The notes beneath the pieces were generated by a model, which did no database searches, had not been told where the DNA came from, and saw only the letters and a program-made list of their open reading frames with translations. The position numbers were made by a program, and so were the translations under genes. From NCBI GenBank assembly GCA_051883455.1, contig JBJETT010000002.1, positions 12,584 to 76,583 on the forward strand: a DNA stretch of 64,000 nucleotides. Direction: 5' to 3'. How positions within the stretch are numbered: the first letter of the stretch is position 1; each line of letters begins with the position of its first letter. The DNA comes from Christensenellales bacterium. GTDB taxonomy: Bacteria > Bacillota > Clostridia > Christensenellales > UBA3700. Of this stretch, positions 1 to 13,325 are shown in pieces.

Positions 1-1749
1 AAGCTTGACGGCTTGGTGGAAGCGGGTGCCAACGTGCCCGTGGTCAAGTACGACGACCCTAATTCCGGCTCGACTTGGACCTCGCTACTTTTCCCTATAG
101 GTTCGCTAATTTTGATGGGAATAGTGGTATTCTTCTTGTTTAGACAGGCGGGCGGAGCCAACAAACAAGCCATGAACTTTGGCAAAACCAAAGCAAGACT
201 TAATATGAATGTCAACGTCAAGTTTAGCGACGTGGCGGGCGCGGAAGAAGAAAAACTCGAACTGGCGGAGATTGTAGAATTCCTCAAAAATCCGCAAAAG
301 TTTACCGCACTCGGCGCAAGAATTCCTAAGGGCGTCTTGCTCGTAGGCCCTCCGGGAACTGGTAAAACGTTGTTTGCCAAAGCCGTAGCGGGCGAGAGCA
401 ACGTGCCTTTCTTCTCTATCAGTGGCTCCGACTTCGTAGAGATGTTCGTGGGTACTGGTGCTGCCAGAGTGAGAGATTTGTTCGACCAAGCCAAGCGCAA
501 TATGCCTTGCATAATATTTATCGACGAAATTGACGCCGTAGGTAGACACCGTGGCGCGGGACTCGGCGGCGGAAACGATGAGAGAGAGCAGACTCTCAAC
601 CAACTGCTCGTGCAAATGGACGGCTTCGAAAAGAACGACGGTATCATAATTATGGCGGCAACCAACAGAGTGGATATCCTTGACCCTGCCCTTATGAGAC
701 CGGGCAGATTTGATAGACAAATCTACGTCAACACCCCCGACGTCAAGGGTAGAGAGGCAATCTTCAAGGTGCACGCACGCAACAAACCGCTCGCTAGCGA
801 GATATCCTTCAAGGTGCTTGCTCGTATGACTAGCGGATTTAGCGGTGCGGATATCGAAAACTTGCTCAACGAGGCGTCTATTCTCGCCGCAAGAGCAGAT
901 AGAAAAGTCATTATTATGGAAGATATCCTCGAGGCAATCAACAAAGTCATCGCAGGACCTCAAAAGAAGAGTAGAATTATCACCGACAGCGACAAGCGTA
1001 TCACGGCTTATCACGAGGCGGGACACGCGATTATAGCCAAGGTTTTGCCACATTGCGACGAAGTGCAAGAAGTCAGCATAATTCCGAGAGGTATGGCTGC
1101 GGGATATACTTTGACCAGACCAGAGAGCGACGATAGCCACGTATCTAAGAATAAGCTCACCGACCTCATAACTATGATGCTCGGCGGTAGAGCTGCGGAA
1201 GAAATCGTCATCCACGACGTGTCGACGGGCGCTTCCAACGATATCCAAAGAGCAACTTCTATAGCAAGAAGTATGGTGACCGAGTGGGGTATGTCCGACA
1301 AGGTGGGCAATATCTTCCTCGGCGGAGAAAAGGAAGTATTCTTGGGCAAGGACTACGCTACCCAACACACCTATAGCGAAAAGATTGGCGATTTGATTGA
1401 CAGCGAAATCAAGAAGATAATCGACGACTGCTACGCAAGGGCAATCGAAGTGCTCAAGAGCAAGCGTGATATCCTCGACAATATGGTCAAGGTTTTGTAC
1501 GAAAAAGAGACCATATATACTAGCGAAGTGGAGATGTTGTTTGAGGGCAAAAGCGCCGAAGAGGTCATAGCGAGTATAGACGCTCGTCAAGAAAAGAACG
1601 ACAAATACAAAAAGACCTCTGCGCCTAAGGTAGAAATCGTGCCCGAAACAAGCAAAGAGCAAGAACAACCTACCGAGGACAAGATAGAGGACGAGGCGGA
1701 GGATAAGGAACAAATCACCCCGACCGACGAGCCCAAAGACAACGACTAA
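1..1749 (+). CDS. ftsH: ATP-dependent zinc metalloprotease FtsH (5' end outside window)
   Basis: Walker A GPPGTGKT, Walker [12 protein letters not shown] motif, HEAGH zinc site; frame 1 is open from base 1. Confidence 0.97.
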   Translation, partial: KLDGLVEAGANVPVVKYDDPNSGSTWTSLLFPIGSLILMGIVVFFLFRQAGGANKQAMNFGKTKARLNMNVNVKFSDVAGAEEEKLELAEIVEFLKNPQKFTALGARIPKGVLLVGPPGTGKTLFAKAVAGESNVPFFSISGSDFVEMFVGTGAARVRDLFDQAKRNMPCIIFIDEIDAVGRHRGAGLGGGNDEREQTLNQLLVQMDGFEKNDGIIIMAATNRVDILDPALMRPGRFDRQIYVNTPDVKGREAIFKVHARNKPLASEISFKVLARMTSGFSGADIENLLNEASILAARADRKVIIMEDILEAINKVIAGPQKKSRIITDSDKRITAYHEAGHAIIAKVLPHCDEVQEVSIIPRGMAAGYTLTRPESDDSHVSKNKLTDLITMMLGGRAAEEIVIHDVSTGASNDIQRATSIARSMVTEWGMSDKVGNIFLGGEKEVFLGKDYATQHTYSEKIGDLIDSEIKKIIDDCYARAIEVLKSKRDILDNMVKVLYEKETIYTSEVEMLFEGKSAEEVIASIDARQEKNDKYKKTSAPKVEIVPETSKEQEQPTEDKIEDEAEDKEQITPTDEPKDND

Positions 1750-1754
1750 ACTCT

Positions 1755-1777
1755 AAGGACGCCAAGGCGTCCTTTTT
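1755..1777 (+). terminator. Intrinsic terminator after ftsH
   Basis: aaggacgcc-aa-ggcgtcctt followed by a T run. Confidence 0.8.
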
Positions 1778-1924
1778 GTTGGCGGTAGGCTTGACAACCG
1801 CTTATGCCGTCGGGCTAAACAGCTCTGGCAATGCAAAGACTGCAAACGCAACTTAAAATAGGTATTGAAAAATACTAATAATATTGTATAATATATCTAT
1901 ATCAATATAAGGATAGACGAAACT

Positions 1925-2620
1925 ATGGAAATACACGGACTTAACAAATTGACTTTGGTAGACTTCGACCGCAAGACGGCGTGCACGGTGTTTACGGGCA
2001 GATGCAATATGCGTTGTCCCTTTTGTCACAACTCGACCTTGGTGCTTGATCCTGCCTCTCAACCGATGATAAGCACGGAAGAGATATTTGCCTACCTTGC
2101 CAAGCGCAAGGGACTACTTGACGGGGTGTGCATAACGGGTGGAGAACCAACCTTGCAACCCGACATTGCCGAGTTTATGCAAGAGATAAAGAATAGAGGC
2201 TTTTTGGTCAAGCTAGACACCAACGGTAGCAACTACGATACTCTCAAAAAGCTTATCGACAACAAGCTCGTCGATTACGTGGCTATGGATATCAAAAACA
2301 GCCCCGAGGCTTATCCTCGCACCGTCGGCATCAAAAACTTCGACCTGTCGGGAGTCAAAAAGAGCGTAGAATTGCTAAAAGAAGGAAGGGTGGATTACGA
2401 ATTCCGCACCACGGTAGTCAAGCAACTGCACACCGCAGAAGATATGTTGGCAATAGCCGATTGGATCAAGGGAACTAAGAGATACTTTTTGCAAAAGTTT
2501 GTAGACTCGGGCAGTACTATTGCTCAAGGGCTCGAGGCTTGTAGCGACGAAGAGATGAAAGAGTTTCAAGCATTGCTGATAGAGAGGTCGATACCTACCC
2601 ACCTTAGAGGAGTTTTTTAA
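1925..2620 (+). CDS. nrdG: Anaerobic ribonucleotide reductase activating enzyme (radical SAM)
   Basis: CNMRCPFC radical SAM motif, ITGGEPT; adjacent to nrdD. Confidence 0.93.
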   Translation: MEIHGLNKLTLVDFDRKTACTVFTGRCNMRCPFCHNSTLVLDPASQPMISTEEIFAYLAKRKGLLDGVCITGGEPTLQPDIAEFMQEIKNRGFLVKLDTNGSNYDTLKKLIDNKLVDYVAMDIKNSPEAYPRTVGIKNFDLSGVKKSVELLKEGRVDYEFRTTVVKQLHTAEDMLAIADWIKGTKRYFLQKFVDSGSTIAQGLEACSDEEMKEFQALLIERSIPTHLRGVF

Positions 2621-2766
2621 TCGCTAGTCGATAGACCAACGACTTAGTAATACAAAAGCATCATATCAATCACATACCATCAAGCACACATAGCGATTTT
2701 TGTCGAAATGCGTGCTTTTTGCTAAAAAAAGCACTCTCGCAAAGGTTATATGTAAAATATCAAAAA

Positions 2767-2821
2767 ATACAAGATATTGTGTTTTTTTGCTCTTGACAAG
2801 CCCAATATGTTGTTTTATAAT
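2767..2821 (+). promoter_or_regulatory. sigmaA promoter of nrdD with tandem NrdR-like boxes
   Basis: TTGACA 2793-2798, 17 bp spacer, TATAAT 2816-2821; CAAGATATTG (2770-2779) and CAATATGTTG (2803-2812) each differ at one position from the NrdR core CwAtATaTwG. Confidence 0.75.
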
Positions 2822-2857
2822 GGTTGTACAGTGAAAATTTTAAGGGGAGTAAATGAG

Positions 2858-5227
2858 ATGTACCAAGTAGTAAAAAGAGACGGCGAAATCGTAGAATTCA
2901 GCCTTAGCAAAATAAGCAAAGCTATCGAAAGAGCCTTCGTTGCACAAAGCAGACAATACGTTCCAAGCATCATCGAGACGCTTGCTTTGAGAGTTACCGC
3001 GGACTTTGAGCCAAAGATTAAGGACAACCAAATCTCCGTAGAAAGCATCCAAGACAGCGTTGAGGCAGTTTTGGAACAATCGGGCTATACCGACGTTGCA
3101 AGAGCTTATATCTTGTATCGTAAACAAAGAGAAAAAATCCGTAACATGAAGTCGACTATCCTCGACTACAAAGACCTCGTCAACAGCTACGTAAAACTCG
3201 AGGACTGGCGTGTAAAAGAGAACTCCACCGTCACCTATTCCGTCGGCGGACTTATCCTTTCCAACTCGGGCGCTATCACCGCCAACTATTGGCTCAGCGA
3301 AGTTTATGACGAAGAAATCGGCAACGCACACCGCAACGCCGACATTCATATCCACGACTTGTCGATGCTTACCGGCTACTGTGCAGGTTGGTCGCTCAAA
3401 CAGCTCATTCAAGAAGGTTTGGGCGGAATTAGAGGTAAGATTACCTCCGCACCTGCAGCTCACTTGTCTACGCTTTGCAACCAAATGGTCAACTTCCTCG
3501 GTATTATGCAAAACGAATGGGCAGGCGCGCAAGCATTCTCTTCCTTCGACACCTACCTTGCTCCTTTCGTCAAGATAGACAACCTCTCCTACAAAGAGGT
3601 TAAGCAATGCTTGCAATCCTTTATCTACGGCGTCAACACCCCTAGCCGTTGGGGTACGCAAGCTCCGTTTACCAATATTACCCTTGACTGGACGGTTCCT
3701 GCAGACCTTGCAGAAAAGAACTGTATCGTCGGCGGAAAAGAAGTTGACTTCAAGTACAAGGATTGCGTAGACGAGATGGCTATGGTCAACAAGGCGTTTA
3801 TCGAAATCATGATTGAGGGCGACGCCAACGGTAGAGGTTTCCAATATCCTATCCCTACCTATTCTATCACCAAGGACTTCGACTGGTCGGACACCGAGAA
3901 TAACAGACTCTTGTTCGAGATGACTGCCAAGTACGGTACCCCTTACTTCTCCAACTATATCAACAGCGATATGGAGCCAAGCGACGTAAGAAGTATGTGC
4001 TGCAGACTTAGACTCGACCTTAGAGAACTAAGAAAGAAATCGGGTGGTTTCTTCGGTAGCGGCGAGAGCACGGGCTCGGTGGGCGTAGTTACCATCAACC
4101 TTCCACGTATCGCATATTTGTCCAAGAACGAAGAAGAGTTCTACGCTCGTCTTGATAGAATGATGGATATTGCCGCTCGAAGCCTCAAGAATAAGAGAGA
4201 TATCATCACCAAGTTGTTGGAAGAGGGACTCTATCCTTACACCAAGAGATACCTCGGCACCTTTAGCAACCACTTCTCGACCATAGGTCTTGTGGGTATG
4301 AACGAGGCTTGTCTCAACGCTAAGTGGATTGGCAAGGACTTGACGGAAAAAGAGTCGCAAGAGTTTGCAAAAGACGTGCTCAACCACATGCGCAACAGAC
4401 TCTCCGACTACCAAGAGAAGTACGGCGACCTCTATAACCTCGAGGCTACTCCTGCCGAGTCGACCTCTTATAGACTTGCTAAGCACGACAAAAAGCGTTA
4501 TCCTGACATCATCACCGCAAGCGACGCTGAGAACGGAACGCCTTACTACACCAACAGCTCTCACTTGCCTGTAGGCTATACCGCAGACATTTTCGAGGCT
4601 CTTGACGTTCAAGACGAGTTGCAAACTCTCTATACCTCGGGTACCGTATTCCACGCATTCCTCGGCGAGAAGCTTCCTGATTGGCAATCTACCGCCAACC
4701 TCGTTAGAAAGATTGCGGAGAACTACAAATTGCCATACTACACCATGAGCCCTACCTATTCGATATGTGCCGACCACGGTTATATCATAGGCGAGCACTA
4801 CAAGTGTCCTATTTGTGGCAAACCTGCGGAAGTATACAGCAGAATTACTGGTTACTACAGACCTGTCCAAAACTGGAACGACGGTAAGCTAGCAGAGTTC
4901 AAGAATAGAAAGGTTTACGATATTGCCAACTCTAAGATGAGCGCTAAGCACTGTTGCACCGCTCAACTCAAAGAAGAGCCTGTGGCGCAAGTTGAGGAGC
5001 AAGACGGAGTATATCTCTTTACTACGACGAGATGCCCTAACTGCCCAATCGCCAAAGAAGAGTTGCAAGCAGCGGGCGTAAATTATAAGCCTGTCGACGC
5101 CGAAGCCAACGAAGATATGTCGATGAAATACGGAATAATGCAAGTGCCAACTTTGGTGGTTGTCAAGGACGGACAAATCAACAAATACGCAGGCGTTATG
5201 AAAATCAAAAAATACCTAGAAGCTTAA
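2858..5227 (+). CDS. nrdD: Class III ribonucleoside-triphosphate reductase with N-terminal ATP cone and C-terminal glutaredoxin/NrdH-like domain
   Basis: VVKRDG ATP cone, SMCCRL finger loop, CxxH/CxxC zinc site, RITGYY glycyl radical loop, C-terminal CPNC...VPT redoxin fold; ATG 2858 follows GGGAG. Confidence 0.95.
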   Translation: MYQVVKRDGEIVEFSLSKISKAIERAFVAQSRQYVPSIIETLALRVTADFEPKIKDNQISVESIQDSVEAVLEQSGYTDVARAYILYRKQREKIRNMKSTILDYKDLVNSYVKLEDWRVKENSTVTYSVGGLILSNSGAITANYWLSEVYDEEIGNAHRNADIHIHDLSMLTGYCAGWSLKQLIQEGLGGIRGKITSAPAAHLSTLCNQMVNFLGIMQNEWAGAQAFSSFDTYLAPFVKIDNLSYKEVKQCLQSFIYGVNTPSRWGTQAPFTNITLDWTVPADLAEKNCIVGGKEVDFKYKDCVDEMAMVNKAFIEIMIEGDANGRGFQYPIPTYSITKDFDWSDTENNRLLFEMTAKYGTPYFSNYINSDMEPSDVRSMCCRLRLDLRELRKKSGGFFGSGESTGSVGVVTINLPRIAYLSKNEEEFYARLDRMMDIAARSLKNKRDIITKLLEEGLYPYTKRYLGTFSNHFSTIGLVGMNEACLNAKWIGKDLTEKESQEFAKDVLNHMRNRLSDYQEKYGDLYNLEATPAESTSYRLAKHDKKRYPDIITASDAENGTPYYTNSSHLPVGYTADIFEALDVQDELQTLYTSGTVFHAFLGEKLPDWQSTANLVRKIAENYKLPYYTMSPTYSICADHGYIIGEHYKCPICGKPAEVYSRITGYYRPVQNWNDGKLAEFKNRKVYDIANSKMSAKHCCTAQLKEEPVAQVEEQDGVYLFTTTRCPNCPIAKEELQAAGVNYKPVDAEANEDMSMKYGIMQVPTLVVVKDGQINKYAGVMKIKKYLEA

Positions 5228-5289
5228 AAAACTCAATACAGGTCGACAAAAGTAAGTCTTAGCACTTACTTTTGTCTTATAGGAGAGAT

Positions 5290-6192
5290 ATGTACGATAC
5301 TATAATCATAGGCGCGGGACCTGCCGGTCTTACCGCATCGATATACGTGCAGAGAGCGGGCAAAAAAGCTCTTGTGCTAGAAGCAATGGCAGTGGGCGGT
5401 CAAATCCGCAACACCCCCGAGATAGAGAACTATCCCGCTATAGCCAAAATCAGCGGAATGCAATACTCCGACGACTTGGCTGAGCAAGCCAAGGCGTTGG
5501 GCGCAGAAATAAAGAGAGAAAACGTGAGGTCGGTGCAACTTGTCGGTGACGTCAAGACTGTAACAACTCGCAACGCTACCTATCAAGCGAGGAGCGTAAT
5601 CATAGCAGTCGGCGCCAAGTCGAGAGAACTCGGCGTAGAAAAAGAAGAGGACTTGTTCGGCTGTGGCGTAAGCTATTGCGCTATATGTGACGGCGCCTTC
5701 TTTGCGGGCAAAGCCGTTGCCGTGTCGGGTGGTGGCAATACCGCTATCGACGACGCGCTCTTTTTGGCGGAGCGTTGCTCTAAAGTCTATCTGGTGCACC
5801 GAAGAAGCGAGTTTAGAGCCGAACAAATCAAGGTAGAGCAGCTCAAGAGCAAGTCCAACGTAGAATTGGTGCTTGGCTATACCGTAGATGCCTTGGAGGG
5901 CGAAGATTGCTTGCAAGGCGTGATCGTCAAGGATAAGCAAGGTGAAACTAGACGACTCGACGTGAGCGGACTATTCGTTGCTATTGGCAAAATTCCTAAT
6001 ACCGATATGTTGCAAGGTCAAATAGATATGGATGACCAAGGATATATCATTGCGGGCGAAGATTGCAAAACCAACGTCGAAGGCGTATGGGTAGCGGGCG
6101 ATTGCAGAGTCAAGCATATCCGTCAACTCACCACGGCAGTAGCCGACGGCACGATAGCTGCGCTCGGCGCAGTTGAGTACGTAAGGGGCTGA
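5290..6192 (+). CDS. trxB: Thioredoxin-disulfide reductase
   Basis: GAGPAG FAD motif, CAIC redox pair, GGGNTA NADPH motif, VAGD. Confidence 0.93.
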   Translation: MYDTIIIGAGPAGLTASIYVQRAGKKALVLEAMAVGGQIRNTPEIENYPAIAKISGMQYSDDLAEQAKALGAEIKRENVRSVQLVGDVKTVTTRNATYQARSVIIAVGAKSRELGVEKEEDLFGCGVSYCAICDGAFFAGKAVAVSGGGNTAIDDALFLAERCSKVYLVHRRSEFRAEQIKVEQLKSKSNVELVLGYTVDALEGEDCLQGVIVKDKQGETRRLDVSGLFVAIGKIPNTDMLQGQIDMDDQGYIIAGEDCKTNVEGVWVAGDCRVKHIRQLTTAVADGTIAALGAVEYVRG

Positions 6193-6253
6193 TATGGATA
6201 TTCGCGGTCAATTCAAAACGTTATAGAACTAATACAATTTAGTTGCTAAAGAT

Positions 6254-6281
6254 AAGACTCTCCAAGTGGGGGAGTCTTTTT
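6254..6281 (+). terminator. Intrinsic terminator after trxB
   Basis: aagactctcc/ggggagtctt stem plus T run. Confidence 0.7.
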
Positions 6282-6376
6282 GCGTATAATCTTGCTAGCT
6301 CGCCCTTGTGCCTTGTTTCAAAATAGATATTGCTATTTAGTTATTTTTATGTTAATATAATATTTAGAGTAAATAA

Positions 6377-9487
<3,111 letters not shown>

Positions 9488-9488
9488 T

Positions 9489-9971
9489 ATGGACAAGAAA
9501 AAAATTGCTTTGCAGACGAGTATGGCGGTAATATCCGTACTGCTCAATATTTGGGGACTGCTGTCGCTTCTACATACGATACAAGTGTTCAACGTACCTT
9601 TCTTAGCCTATCTCGACAACTTGAGGTTGTTGCTAAAATACGTGGTCATCGTCATCACTATGGCTTGCGGAATAATGCTTTTTGCTCGCTTTGCCACCAC
9701 CTTCAAGGGCAAAGTAAAAAACACGCTTGCCATCATCAACTGTACTTATAGCACCATTCTTACTCTTCCGCTCTTTGGCACCTTCGTAGGTTGCTTTTGG
9801 GCGATGAAGGGCATCAACGTGCCTATGGTCAGCGATATTTGCAACGAGTTTATGGACATATTCAAGTCCACGGGACTGCAATACTTTATTTTTATCGCGG
9901 GTACGATTATGGGAATAGTATTTTTGGCAGTGCCAATATTGATGACGGTGCAGACCGTCAAAAAGGATTAA
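9489..9971 (+). CDS. Hypothetical membrane protein (about 4 TM segments)
   Basis: Four hydrophobic stretches; ATG 1 nt after the lacZ stop. Confidence 0.75.
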   Translation: MDKKKIALQTSMAVISVLLNIWGLLSLLHTIQVFNVPFLAYLDNLRLLLKYVVIVITMACGIMLFARFATTFKGKVKNTLAIINCTYSTILTLPLFGTFVGCFWAMKGINVPMVSDICNEFMDIFKSTGLQYFIFIAGTIMGIVFLAVPILMTVQTVKKD

Positions 9972-10025
9972 ATTCAAAAGGTATTGAAGACGATAACACA
10001 ACAATCACGACAATAATTGTAAAAC

Positions 10026-10056
10026 AAAAATGCGTATCTCACCGATACGCATTTTT
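10026..10056. terminator. Bidirectional terminator between convergent genes
   Basis: aaaaatgcgtatc-tcacc-gatacgcattttt. Confidence 0.85.
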
Positions 10057-10073
10057 ATTATGCTAATTTAGTT

Positions 10074-10673
10074 TTATTTGTTTTCTTCTTCGCTATTATT
10101 TTCTTCCAAGACTCTATTTGGTCGTTGATTGAACAAGCCGACTCTTGCTTTGATAGGCATGCCGAGTACCATAGCCATAACCATCTTGATTGCGTCGCCA
10201 ACGATAAATGGCGTTACGCCTGCTGCAAGAGCTTTGGCGAAGGTGAGTTTTGCCGATACGCTCAACCAAGTCGTGCCTATTGCGTACACTACTATCGTAC
10301 CCAATACCATGCCGACCAACTGCATAGGTTTGTTGTTGCGGAATTTGTCGGCAAATAGGCCGATTATCAAAGACATAGGTATGTATCCTATGAGGTAACC
10401 GCCCGTAGGACCGACCAACTTGGCAAGTCCCGAACCGAAGTTAGCAAAGACAGGTACACCTACCATACCCAAAAGTAGGTACATTATCGTGCACAAAACG
10501 CTTTTTTTCCAACCAAGTAGGTAGCATACCAAATAGATACCGAAAGTGCCCAAGCTAATAGGTACGGGACCTATTGGAAGGGAGATAGGACCGAGCAAAC
10601 ACAAAACGGCAGTCATCAGTCCAATCGATGCAATATTCTTGGTAGTCATAGATGTTGTAGTAGTGTTTTTCAT
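10074..10673 (-). CDS. bioY: Biotin transporter substrate component BioY
   Basis: PVPISLGTF, GVPVFA, GPTGGYLIGY and PFIVGD motifs. Confidence 0.92.
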   Translation of the reverse strand: MKNTTTTSMTTKNIASIGLMTAVLCLLGPISLPIGPVPISLGTFGIYLVCYLLGWKKSVLCTIMYLLLGMVGVPVFANFGSGLAKLVGPTGGYLIGYIPMSLIIGLFADKFRNNKPMQLVGMVLGTIVVYAIGTTWLSVSAKLTFAKALAAGVTPFIVGDAIKMVMAMVLGMPIKARVGLFNQRPNRVLEENNSEEENK

Positions 10674-10797
10674 ATCACTTGCATTATAACAAAGCCAAAA
10701 AATCAGGTCAAATATTTGAAAATAAGTTTGCAATATTTTACAAAAAAATTCTCACCGTAAGTAGCGGTGAGAATAAAATAGCGTATGGTATAGACAA

Positions 10798-12165
10798 TCA
10801 GCCTCTGTCTTCGAGCTCTACATACTCTCTTCTTGGAGATACGGCGATATATGCAGGACGAATAATCTTGCCCTTGTTGGAGAGTTCCTCGAGTCTGTGC
10901 GCCGACCAGCCCACTATTCTCGATACGGCAAAGATTGGTGTGAATAGTACTTCCGGTATCTCAAGCAATCTATACACGTAGCCGGTATAGAAGTCGATAT
11001 TTACGCTTACGCCCTTGTACATAACTCTGTTTTCGCTGATGACCTTAGGCGCGATTTTTTGCAGTCTGGTGTAGAGTTGGTGGAATTTGTTGTGATATCT
11101 CTTGGACATATAATTGTCGATATACTCGTGCAAAATATTAGCTCTTGGATCGGAGATAGAGTATACGGCGTGTCCAAGTCCGTAGATAAGTCCCGAGCCG
11201 TCGAAGGCTTCTTTGTTGAGTATTTTGCGTAGATAATTGGCGATGCCTTCTTCGGTGATATCGTCGGCGTTTTTCATAATATCGTCGAGCATTTGGATAA
11301 CTTTGAGGTTGGCTCCGCCGTGACGAGGACCTTTGAGAGAAGCAAGCGACGCAGCCACGCAAGAGTAGGTGTCGGTGCCCGAAGAAGTAACTACGTGTGT
11401 AGTAAAGGTGGAGTTGTTACCGCCACCGTGCTCGGCTTGCAAAACCATACACATATCGAGCATTCTTGCTTCTTCTTGCGTAAAGCCCTTGCTACCTTTG
11501 AGCAAATAGAGGATATTCTCCGCAGTAGAAAGGTTGTCTTTTGGGTAGCGGATATACAAGTTTTTGCCAAGGTGGTAGTGGTTGTATGCTTGGTAGCTGT
11601 ACACGGCAAGCATAGGCATCAGCGCAATGAGCTGAATGGATTGACGGAATACGTTTTTGATAGAAATATCGTCAGGGTTGCTGTCATAAGAGTACAAAGT
11701 CAGCACGCTTCTCGCTAGAGCGTTCATCATATCCTTAGAAGGTGCCTTGAGAATAATATCGCGGACGAAGCTCTCAGGGAGTTTGCGATACATGCTCAAT
11801 AGTTTAGTAAAGTCTTCAAGTTGCTTTTGGGTAGGCAAAGAACCGCACAAGAGTAGATACGCACATTCTTCATAGCCGTATCTCTTGCCGTTGAAGCCCT
11901 TGACAAGGTCGTAGATATTGATGCCGCGATAGAACATTTCGCCCTCGATTGGCACTCTTTCGCCCTTTTCGTTGATGGCAAAACCGTTCATCTCGGATAT
12001 CTCGGTCAAGCCCGTAACTACGCCCACACCGTTTTTGTCTCTAAGCCCTCTAAAAACCTTGTATTGGTCGTAGAGCTCGGACTGAATTTGGTCGCACTTA
12101 AAGGCGAGGTCACTGAGCTGAGAAATATATTCGTCTGATTTTTTTAGTACTTGTTTGAAGGTCAT
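10798..12165 (-). CDS. gltA: Citrate synthase
   Basis: EHGGGNNSTF, HGGAN, GLGHAVY and NIDF motifs; AAGGAGA RBS before ATG 12165. Confidence 0.93.
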   Translation of the reverse strand: MTFKQVLKKSDEYISQLSDLAFKCDQIQSELYDQYKVFRGLRDKNGVGVVTGLTEISEMNGFAINEKGERVPIEGEMFYRGINIYDLVKGFNGKRYGYEECAYLLLCGSLPTQKQLEDFTKLLSMYRKLPESFVRDIILKAPSKDMMNALARSVLTLYSYDSNPDDISIKNVFRQSIQLIALMPMLAVYSYQAYNHYHLGKNLYIRYPKDNLSTAENILYLLKGSKGFTQEEARMLDMCMVLQAEHGGGNNSTFTTHVVTSSGTDTYSCVAASLASLKGPRHGGANLKVIQMLDDIMKNADDITEEGIANYLRKILNKEAFDGSGLIYGLGHAVYSISDPRANILHEYIDNYMSKRYHNKFHQLYTRLQKIAPKVISENRVMYKGVSVNIDFYTGYVYRLLEIPEVLFTPIFAVSRIVGWSAHRLEELSNKGKIIRPAYIAVSPRREYVELEDRG

Positions 12166-12453
12166 GTCCGTCTCCTTGTAGCAACGAATAGTTGCGTCGA
12201 TTGTAGGTCTAGCGAATTTTGAGTCAAAAACTCTAGCAAAACCTACGATAGCAATTATTTTATATAATAACATAATGCAACCTATATAACAAACAAATTT
12301 TTCATTTTTTTTGTTTTTTGCCCAAAAACGGCATATTTTTGCGCTTTTTATAAAAAAAAGATATAATCAAATTCCCCACGAACCCCTCAAAATATTGACT
12401 TTTTTGCGCATAATGCGTATATTAATATCAGCAACTCAAACAAGGAGAGTATT

Positions 12454-13182
12454 ATGAAAGTTATCGTTACCAAAAATTATACGGAAATGAGCGTAAAAGC
12501 TTACGAGGTTATCAAACAAGTTATGCAAGATACCGAAGGTAAGGCAATACTCGGTTTGGCAACGGGTTCTACGCCTATCGGATTGTACAAAAATATGGTT
12601 GCAGATTACGAGGCAGGCAACGTAAGTTATAAGGACACTCGTAGCGTCAACCTCGACGAATACGTAGGATTGCCAAAGACTCACGACCAAAGCTACTATT
12701 ACTTTATGCACGACAATCTATTTAATCATATTGATATCAAAGAAGAAAACGTCAATTTGCCCGACGGCAACACCGGCGATCCTGACAAAGCTTGCGCCGA
12801 CTACACGGCATTGCTTGCAACTATGCAACAAGACGTGCAAGTGCTCGGTATAGGAAGCAACGGACATATCGGCTTCAACGAGCCGGGTACTGCATTTGAC
12901 AGCACTACTCATATCGTCAAACTTCACGAAGGCACTCGTAGCGACAACGCAAGATTTTTCGATAGCCTTGCAGACGTGCCAACCCACGCAATCACTATGG
13001 GTATCGCCAATATTATGAACGCTAAGAAGATTTTGGTGCTCGCCAGCGGACAAGGCAAAGCAAACGCCGTCAAAGCAATGGTGCAAGGTCCTATTGACCC
13101 TATTTGCCCTGCCAGCGTACTCCAAAATCACCCCGACGTGGTAGTAGTGGTAGACGAAGCAGCCGCAAGCCTTTTGAACTAA
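12454..13182 (+). CDS. nagB: Glucosamine-6-phosphate deaminase
   Basis: GLATGSTP, NLDEY, GIGSNGHIGFNEP. Confidence 0.96.
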   Translation: MKVIVTKNYTEMSVKAYEVIKQVMQDTEGKAILGLATGSTPIGLYKNMVADYEAGNVSYKDTRSVNLDEYVGLPKTHDQSYYYFMHDNLFNHIDIKEENVNLPDGNTGDPDKACADYTALLATMQQDVQVLGIGSNGHIGFNEPGTAFDSTTHIVKLHEGTRSDNARFFDSLADVPTHAITMGIANIMNAKKILVLASGQGKANAVKAMVQGPIDPICPASVLQNHPDVVVVVDEAAASLLN

Positions 13183-13213
13183 TAGTACAGTGGCTAGATA
13201 TAAAACTACTCGG

Positions 13214-13243
13214 CTCACCGCATAATATCGTGCGGTGAGTTTT
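13214..13243 (+). terminator. Intrinsic terminator after nagB
   Basis: ctcaccgca/tgcggtgag stem plus tttt. Confidence 0.75.
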
Positions 13244-13325
13244 GCCAAATATAGCAAATCTAGATAGAGTTTTACAAGACAAAAACGCTAAAAAACCGAT
13301 ACAGGTCGTCAAAAATGAAAAAATT

